Origin: Candidatus Daviesbacteria bacterium
GTDB lineage: Bacteria; Patescibacteriota; Microgenomatia; Daviesbacterales; UBA10151
DNA length: 64,000 nucleotides
Assembly (NCBI GenBank): GCA_016195715.1
Contig: JACPZA010000002.1
Location: 43,246-107,245, forward strand
Direction: 5' to 3'
Position numbers and translations under genes: made by a program. Position 1 is the first letter of the stretch; each line of letters starts with the position of its first letter. The notes under the pieces are model-generated. The model made no database searches. It worked only from the letters and a program-made list of their open reading frames with translations, and was not told the DNA's origin. Of this stretch, positions 57,754 through 64,000 are shown piece after piece.

Positions 57754-60228
57754 TTATGCTAAGGCAGGGCGTGGGACCATGGGAACTCTTTTTGGAGTAT
57801 TAGCAGTGGGGGGATGAACTAAAGCGACTTTTAAAACATCATCCATGTGTTTAACAAACACAAACCTTAAATCTTTTCTAATAAACTCTGGAATATCTTC
57901 TAAATCTTTTCGATTATTTTCAGGAGCTATCACAGTGCTTACTCCAGCTCGATGAGCTGCCAAAACTTTTTCTTTCAAACCCCCAATTTCTAAAACCCTA
58001 CCTCTTAGTGTAATCTCTCCAGTCATAGCCACATCTTTTCTAACTGGGATTTTAGTAAAAGCAGAAATTATAGCAGTAGTTAAAGGAATACCCGCTGATG
58101 GACCATCTTTTGGCACAGCCCCTTCTGGAACATGAATGTGAACATCAACTTTTTGGAAAAATTTCTCTGGTAAATTTAGCGTACTCCAGTTTGCCCTGAC
58201 ATAACTCATCGCAGCTTGAGCTGACTCTTTCATCACATCACCCAATTGTCCAGTTAATTGAACTGAACCTTTGCCTGGCATTAAAGTGACTTCAATAAAT
58301 AAGACATCTCCCCCAGCTTCAGTCACAGCTAAACCAGTTGACGCTCCGACCATATCTTCAATTTCTGCAAGTTGAGGCAAAAATTTAATTGGGCCAAGTA
58401 ATTTTTCAACTTCTTTGGGGGTAATTTTAAAGCTTTTGGTTTTACTCTGCCAGGCAGAGGAGCTTTTTTCATCACCTTCTGCAACTTTTCTGGCGATTTT
58501 TCTAAAAACGCCTGATAACTCTCTTTCTAAACTTCTGACTCCAGCTTCTCTGGTATAGGATTCAATTACATGTCTAACAGCTTCATCTTCAAATTGAACT
58601 TGACTATCTTTTAAGCCATGGGTTTTAATAATTTTTGGGATCAAAAACTTTTTGGCGATATGAAACTTTTCATCTTGAGTATAGCCTGGGTAGCGAATAA
58701 CTTCTAATCTATCTCTTAGTGCTGGTGGAATAGTATCTAAAATATTAGCTGTAGTAATAAATAACACATTTGATAAATCATATGACACTTCTAGATAATG
58801 ATCTGAAAATGAATTATTTTGCTCAGGATCTAGCGCTTCAAGTAAAGCAGCTGATGGATCACCCCTGTAATCTGCACCAATTTTATCAATCTCATCTAAC
58901 ATAAAAACTGGATTAGTAGTTCCAGCTTGTTTAATCCCTTGGATAATTCGACCAGGCATGGAGCCAACATAAGTTCTTCTATGTCCTCTAATCTCTGCTT
59001 CATCTCTAATACCACCAAGAGAAACTTTTACAAATTTTCTGCCCACAGCTCTAGCTATAGATTTACCAATAGAAGTCTTACCAACTCCAGGAGGTCCAAC
59101 AAAACAAATTATCGGACCCTTAACTTTTCCAGAAAGTTTATGGACTGCTAAATACTCTAAAATTCTCTCTTTTACCTTCATTAAACCATAATGATCTTCA
59201 TCTAAAATTGTAGCTGCCTTTTTAAGGTCAACTTTAACGCCAGAAAGAGCTTTCCATGGTAGATCTGTTAGCCATTCTAAATAATTTCTAATATAAGCAG
59301 CTTCTGGGTTATAAGATGACATTTTTGCCAGGCGAGAAAGCTCTTTACTGGCTTTTTCCCTAACATCTTTGGGCATATTAGCTTTGCGGATTTTTAATTC
59401 AAATTCCTTAATTTCTTGATTTTCACCAGATTCACCTAATTCTTCTTCAATCGATCGCATCTGTTCTCGCAAAATTGCTTCTTTGGTCATTTTGGAAACT
59501 CGCTCTTGAGTATGTGAGGAAATTTTTTGATAGATTTCTAAAACTCGAATCTCTTTAGCCAGTAAATCTGATACCCGACGAAGCCTTTCAACTGCAGAAA
59601 CCATCTCTAAAATTTGTTGTTTATCAATAGTTTTAAAATCAATTGCTTGGCAAATTAAATTAACTAGTTGATTTGGATCATCATTTGAAGAGATCATTGA
59701 CCAATTAGACAGCGTATTTGGATCAAAAAGTGGATTTCCACCTAATTCTAAGTAACGTTTGAGTTGAGATTTAACTGTCCGCACCATCGCTTCAGTTTCT
59801 TCATTTTTTTCATAAAGTTCTGGAATCTCCTCAATCTCTGCTTCAAAGTAAGGATCAGTTTGAATAAAATTTTTGAGAAAAACTCGTACCAATCCTTCAG
59901 CAGTGACAGTATATTCACCGTCAATTTTGATTAATCGCCTAAGTAAACAAACTGTTCCAACAGAATATAGATCACCTTCTTTAGGTTCTTCAATCCGTTC
60001 ATTTTTTTGAGTTACAAAGACAATTAGCCGATCAGTTGCCCAAGCGCTGTCTAGCGCTAACTTAGATTTAGTTCGACCTGAAACAATTGGAATACTATTT
60101 CCAGGAAAAATTACAGTCCCCCTAAGTAAACCAACTGGCATACTTGGGCGAAGTTTTATTGGGTTTGAAATTGGATCAATTGCCATTAGATTTAGCAGTA
60201 ATATAACATGAGTGCTAACTACTGTCAA
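57754..60228 (-). CDS. lon: ATP-dependent protease Lon (LonA type)
   Basis: LON N-domain, AAA+ Walker [18 protein letters not shown], and the protease Ser-Lys dyad region PKDGPSAG...GGLKEK. Confidence 0.95.
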   Translation of the reverse strand: MTVVSTHVILLLNLMAIDPISNPIKLRPSMPVGLLRGTVIFPGNSIPIVSGRTKSKLALDSAWATDRLIVFVTQKNERIEEPKEGDLYSVGTVCLLRRLIKIDGEYTVTAEGLVRVFLKNFIQTDPYFEAEIEEIPELYEKNEETEAMVRTVKSQLKRYLELGGNPLFDPNTLSNWSMISSNDDPNQLVNLICQAIDFKTIDKQQILEMVSAVERLRRVSDLLAKEIRVLEIYQKISSHTQERVSKMTKEAILREQMRSIEEELGESGENQEIKEFELKIRKANMPKDVREKASKELSRLAKMSSYNPEAAYIRNYLEWLTDLPWKALSGVKVDLKKAATILDEDHYGLMKVKERILEYLAVHKLSGKVKGPIICFVGPPGVGKTSIGKSIARAVGRKFVKVSLGGIRDEAEIRGHRRTYVGSMPGRIIQGIKQAGTTNPVFMLDEIDKIGADYRGDPSAALLEALDPEQNNSFSDHYLEVSYDLSNVLFITTANILDTIPPALRDRLEVIRYPGYTQDEKFHIAKKFLIPKIIKTHGLKDSQVQFEDEAVRHVIESYTREAGVRSLERELSGVFRKIARKVAEGDEKSSSAWQSKTKSFKITPKEVEKLLGPIKFLPQLAEIEDMVGASTGLAVTEAGGDVLFIEVTLMPGKGSVQLTGQLGDVMKESAQAAMSYVRANWSTLNLPEKFFQKVDVHIHVPEGAVPKDGPSAGIPLTTAIISAFTKIPVRKDVAMTGEITLRGRVLEIGGLKEKVLAAHRAGVSTVIAPENNRKDLEDIPEFIRKDLRFVFVKHMDDVLKVALVHPPTANTPKRVPMVPRPALA

Positions 60229-60322
60229 CCCCCTAATTTAAGTTTAAAATTTAAATAAACACTAAAGTTATTAAACAAAACCATTGTAATAAGTAGTTAA
60301 TAAAGATAAAAGAATTGGGTCA

Positions 60323-60619
60323 CTAAATAACTCTTCTACCAGATAATCTTCCTAATCCTTTGCCAAGTAACCTCAATCCAAAGAAAGTCGAGGCAGCAGG
60401 TATTGCTATAAGTCCTAGTTGAACTAATATCGGACCTAGCTCAAGAGGTGGGTAAAATCTTTCATTGCAAATTGCTCCTAAAACATTAACTCCAAAATAT
60501 GTTAGTGGTAAACTAGCAGCTATCTCTATTGCTCCTCTGACTCTATCTGCTAAAGGATGCGATTTAGCTTCACCTCCAGAATGTCTTACTATATTAGTTT
60601 CTTTTTCCAGAGTATTCAT
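60323..60619 (-). CDS. Small 3-TM membrane protein, hypothetical
   Basis: Hydrophobic ORF. ATGA overlap with the upstream gene. Confidence 0.4.
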   Translation of the reverse strand: MNTLEKETNIVRHSGGEAKSHPLADRVRGAIEIAASLPLTYFGVNVLGAICNERFYPPLELGPILVQLGLIAIPAASTFFGLRLLGKGLGRLSGRRVI

Positions 60620-61149
60620 AATATTAAGTAATCATAAGCTTGTTCTAGGGTTTGATTATAGTTTTGAGCTAGGTCAAAATATTTTAAATTATATTTTTGA
60701 CATTCCTTTTTTAAATATTCACTCATTTCCATAATTTTTTCTGGTAATTTTTGTAACTGACTCTCTTCTAAATCACCAAGCCAATCATTAAAACCCTGGT
60801 TTTCTAAAATTTGTTTTAAATTAGCTTTAGAAATTCCTAAAAATACACTTTTAACCTCAAATAATTTATTAAGTTCAAAGGCTTGTTTGGGCAAAAACGC
60901 ATCTCCTTCGATACAATAATCCTTAACTCCATACTTATTGACAAATATAAACTCTTTTAAAAACGGATAAAAACTTTCAGCTTTTTGAATATAGTGAATC
61001 TCATCAGTCACATTTAAGTTAGGTGCAGCTTGTTTTAACATATGAACTAATGAGTCAAGAGAAACAAAAGCAATTTTTTGGCGCTTTAGTAGCATTTGAG
61101 CAAGTTTAGATTTACCGACTCTTGGAGCTCCACCTATCAAATAGGTCAT
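60616..61149 (-). CDS. P-loop NTPase / small-molecule kinase-like protein
   Basis: Walker A IGGAPRVGKSKLAQ at the N-terminus. 177 aa. No further family assignment is possible by eye. Confidence 0.45.
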   Translation of the reverse strand: MTYLIGGAPRVGKSKLAQMLLKRQKIAFVSLDSLVHMLKQAAPNLNVTDEIHYIQKAESFYPFLKEFIFVNKYGVKDYCIEGDAFLPKQAFELNKLFEVKSVFLGISKANLKQILENQGFNDWLGDLEESQLQKLPEKIMEMSEYLKKECQKYNLKYFDLAQNYNQTLEQAYDYLIL

Positions 61150-61152
61150 TAA

Positions 61153-61506
61153 CTAAGCCTCTTTTTTTCTCTGGAAGAAAAATTTATATAAATAAATTGA
61201 TCCAAAAAATAACACTGGCAAAAAAATTGCACTATCAGTTAAAAGTAGCGCAGATGATTTAATAGCTTCATGTTTTTGAATAGGAAATTTTAAACAACTA
61301 TTAAAATCAGCTTTATTATCTGTAACAGTTTGGCAGCTTTGAATACTTTTTTTCAAATCTGTGCCAGCGCTATAATTACCCCATTGGACTATGGCAAAGA
61401 TGGCTAAAAATACTGTTAAACTAATCACTAATTTTTGAGCAAAGACTTTAACTTGAGCTGGGGTGGGCGGGTTATCTAACATACCTACCATTATATCAAT
61501 AATCAA
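61153..61506 (-). CDS. Small membrane protein, hypothetical
   Basis: Two hydrophobic helices. 11-nt overlap with the upstream adenosyltransferase gene. Confidence 0.35.
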   Translation of the reverse strand: MIIDIMVGMLDNPPTPAQVKVFAQKLVISLTVFLAIFAIVQWGNYSAGTDLKKSIQSCQTVTDNKADFNSCLKFPIQKHEAIKSSALLLTDSAIFLPVLFFGSIYLYKFFFQRKKEA

Positions 61507-62101
61507 CTCCTGGCTTAGCTAAAATTCCTTTTTCAAATGGATGTTTAATTGGAGTCATCTCGGTCACTAAATCAGCCAACTTAAATAAACTTTTTTTACC
61601 ATGGTGACCTGTTAAAACTAAATCTAAGTTTACTGGTTTATCTTTAATTAATTTAGCTAAGTGGCTGTGTTTAAGCAGTTTTCCGGCCACAGCTCCAACT
61701 ATCTCATCTGCCACCACTACATCCCATTTATTAGAAGTTACTTCTTTATATAAATACTCAAAAGTTTTATTTGCTACTTTAACATGTTCAGAAAATTTAG
61801 ATTGATCATCAAAAATTTTAACAAACCCCAAACCTCCTTGAACAATTTTGACATAAGGTGCAAGCATTTTTACACCTTCCAATTCTCCTGTAAACCAAAT
61901 TTTGCCAAATTGGACAATTAAAACTTTTCTTTTATACCCAGCAGCTCTTAAAACTAAACCAAGGGAGGCTGTAGTTTTTCCTTTGCCTTCTCCTGTATAA
62001 ACAATCACTAAACCCCTAGTTGCCTCTTTATACTGAATCTTTTTATGCTGATTTTTTTCGTCTTTAATTTTCCCTTTAGACTTCATAGTGGCAATATACA
62101 T
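61496..62101 (-). CDS. cobO: Cob(I)yrinic acid a,c-diamide / corrinoid adenosyltransferase (CobA/CobO/BtuR family)
   Basis: VIVYTGEGKGKTTASLGLVLRAAGYKRKVLIVQFGK, WDVVVADEI, LDLVLTGH. Confidence 0.8.
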   Translation of the reverse strand: MYIATMKSKGKIKDEKNQHKKIQYKEATRGLVIVYTGEGKGKTTASLGLVLRAAGYKRKVLIVQFGKIWFTGELEGVKMLAPYVKIVQGGLGFVKIFDDQSKFSEHVKVANKTFEYLYKEVTSNKWDVVVADEIVGAVAGKLLKHSHLAKLIKDKPVNLDLVLTGHHGKKSLFKLADLVTEMTPIKHPFEKGILAKPGVDY

Positions 62102-62121
62102 CTTTTTGTATTAATTTCTAG

Positions 62122-62849
62122 TTCCACCCTTGGGGTGGAATAGCTTGACACCTGCGGATATTTGAGTTACGCTAGCTTTAAATGCCCTCAAGAATTACTC
62201 CCTTAGTAAGTGGACAAATCTACCATATATATAATCGAGGTAGTGAAAAACGCCCAATCTTTGGAAGTCGTCGTGACTATCAAAGATTTTTGAAAACAAT
62301 CAGATACTATCAATTAGAAGGCCCAAAGCCTAAATTATCCAATTTTACAAGATTTCATACCTTCAAACCTGATCTTTCTAAAAAAATAGTTGAAGTTTTG
62401 GCTTTTTGTTTAATGCCCAACCATTTTCATTTTCTTATAAAACAAATTAAAGACGGAGGAATTACAGAATTTATTAGTAAATTAAGCAATAGTTATACTA
62501 AATACTACAATACTAAATATTCTCGAATTGGTCCTTTATTTCAAGGAGAATTTAAATCAGTAATCGTTGAAGACGACGAGCAGCTAGTGCACCTTTCTCG
62601 TTACATACACTTAAATCCTATATCTTCTCTACTGGTAAAAAATCTGAATCAATATGAGTGGTCATCTTTTAAAGAATATCTCGATAATGTTTCTGAAGGG
62701 ATATGCAATAAACATGACGTACTAGGCTTTTTTAAATCACCCAAAGATTATATACAATTTATTCTGGATCAGGTTGATCATGCTCAGAAGCTAGAAGTTA
62801 TTAAACATAAATTAATAGAATAAATTAGCCTTCACCCCAAGGGTGGGAA
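62122..62849 (+). mobile_element. Y1 HUH transposase unit (IS200/IS605 TnpA-like or REP-associated tyrosine transposase) bounded by inverted REP-like hairpins
   Basis: 5' hairpin TTCCACCCttgGGGTGGAA (62122..62140). 3' hairpin TTCACCCCAAGGGTGGGAA (62831..62849). Each is self-complementary, and the two are in mutually inverted orientation. Confidence 0.6.
62182..62823 (+). CDS. tnpA: Y1 (HUH) tyrosine transposase, IS200-like / RAYT
   Basis: YHIYNRGSEKRPIF, HUH motif MPNHFHFLIKQ, catalytic Tyr region SRYIHLNP. 213 aa. Confidence 0.8.
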   Translation: MPSRITPLVSGQIYHIYNRGSEKRPIFGSRRDYQRFLKTIRYYQLEGPKPKLSNFTRFHTFKPDLSKKIVEVLAFCLMPNHFHFLIKQIKDGGITEFISKLSNSYTKYYNTKYSRIGPLFQGEFKSVIVEDDEQLVHLSRYIHLNPISSLLVKNLNQYEWSSFKEYLDNVSEGICNKHDVLGFFKSPKDYIQFILDQVDHAQKLEVIKHKLIE

Positions 62850-62931
62850 GCTAAAAAATAAAATTGCTAAGTAAAATAGATTATTGACTTCTATAAACTA
62901 TTGTAAGAATATGGTAAATATTATTTTTAAA

Positions 62932-64000
62932 TGCCTAAAAGCTTACAGTTTATTCTAAGCTTTGTTTCAGTATTAATTTACTTTGTTTCTCCTTTTATCT
63001 TCAAACAAATAATTTTTGCTGATTGGAGTATGTCTAGGTATGACTTTGCTCACACTGGTAATATTCCATATTTTATAAGCAACAATAAACCAGAATTAAA
63101 CTGGACAAGTGAAAATCTAGGCACAATTTTAGCTCCTCCAGCTATAGATAAAGATGGAAATATTTATCTTCCAACAGTTAATGGACTAACTAAGCTTGAT
63201 AAACAAGGTATTAAAAAATGGACTTTTGCTAAGTCTTCTATTAATGGAACTCCAGCTATTGCTTCAGATGGAAATATTTATTTTGCCACCACTGGTTGTA
63301 ATCCAGTTGTTGATTCAATTGATCCAGATGGGAATTTAAAATGGGAATACGATTTAAGAGGTGGTGGTGGGCTTTGTGGCTATAACCAAGCCAGAAGTGC
63401 AGTCAGTCTATCTTTAGATAAAAACACACTTTTAGTAGGAGTAAGTTATCCCTCTGATTCAATCATTGCTTTTAATTTAGATGGCTCAGTTAAATGGCAA
63501 GCAAGATTAGGAGAAGATCCTTCTTCATCCATTGCTATTGCTCAAGATGGAACTTTATATATTGGAACTGGTAATAATGCTTACTTTTTTGCATTAACTT
63601 CTGATGGAATTAAAAAATGGAGCAGAATTGTTGGTTCAGATATAACAGTTCAAGCTAAATCTCCCTTGGTTGGACCAGATAATAATGTTTATGTTACTAC
63701 TGCTGGAATTAGTAGTGGGGATTTATTAGTTTCATATGATTCCCTGGGCAATAAAAGGTGGTCTTATAAATCTTCAAACGGGTTTAGTAGTGATCCTGCA
63801 ATCAAAGATAATCTAATTTATATTGTTGAGGGAAACACTCTTAAAGCAATTAATACTCAAGACGGATCAGTAAAATGGACTTGGTCAGCTATTGCTGATC
63901 CAACTGAATCACTGACTACACCAGTAATTGATAAAGATGGTTTTTGTTATGTTGCAACAAGAAGCAAGTTATATGCAGTGGCTGATGGTGGTTCTACAAA
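62932..64000 (+). CDS. PQQ-like beta-propeller repeat protein, secreted; 3' end runs off the window
   Basis: ATG at 62932. Signal anchor LQFILSFVSVLIYFVSPFIF. Repeated D(G/K)DGNIY...G.LKW blocks (DKDGNIYLPT, SDGNIYFATTG, DPDGNLKWEY, QDGTLYIGTG, DGSVKWTW). Confidence 0.65.

Noticed and set aside
53523-60734. Embedded ORFs 53523..53765, 54748..54966, 55459..55650, 55656..55949, 55788..55976, 56256..56447, 58927..59151, 60465..60734
   Set aside because: They sit inside or antisense to the histidine kinase, response regulator, pyrophosphatase, Lon and the small membrane protein genes. The Ala/Gly/Pro-rich translations are typical reverse-frame artifacts of hppA.
1-64000. Alternative genetic code (UGA recoding) that is common in some CPR lineages
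   Set aside because: Long housekeeping ORFs (SecA 931 aa, Lon 824 aa, RND 1123 aa, LysS, SerS) are intact under the standard code. Genes end at ordinary stops with sensible C-termini, so there is no need to invoke recoding.
1-64000. CRISPR array or rRNA genes
   Set aside because: No regularly spaced direct repeats of 25-40 nt were seen. No 16S/23S/5S-like conserved stretches were seen. The only structured RNA gene recognised is tRNA-Glu.

Overview
This is an AT-rich bacterial chromosomal segment (roughly 30-35% GC by eye) with tightly packed, often overlapping genes in the standard genetic code. The longest reading frames are intact: SecA is 931 aa and Lon is 824 aa. I saw no rRNA genes and no CRISPR array, and there is one tRNA, tRNA-Glu(CUC).

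Housekeeping genes are secA, serS, lysS, lon, the membrane H+/Na+-pyrophosphatase, tsaE, msrB, dgkA, an M24 aminopeptidase, zwf and a short-form gnd. The striking pattern is the high density of polytopic membrane and secreted or surface proteins:
- a sortase with an LPRTG-anchored substrate operon;
- many GT-C-like integral-membrane glycosyltransferase paralogs;
- an RND/MFP efflux pair;
- a secreted Cys-type sulfatase;
- an LTD-domain surface protein;
- a Cys-rich protein with a C-terminal Hint domain.

This gene content and genome style fit a small-genome Candidate Phyla Radiation (Patescibacteria)-like organism. That is inference only.

Accessory and unusual content:
- an EnvC-like protein whose M23 domain appears circularly permuted;
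- a sortase-linked operon carrying two GC-richer secreted proteins that share a novel N-terminal leader motif;
- an alpha-glucan gene cluster (GlgA-like GT + GH57 + GH15) co-oriented with gnd, next to a two-component system;
- an archaeal-type cupin phosphoglucose isomerase;
- a compositionally atypical XRE/MerR regulatory islet;
- a start-less GC-rich ORF next to the tRNA;
- two apparent frameshift junctions in membrane-protein genes;
- a Y1 (IS200/RAYT-like) transposase flanked by REP-like hairpins, with further copies of the hairpin family elsewhere.

All protein calls come from motif recognition by eye, without database searches.
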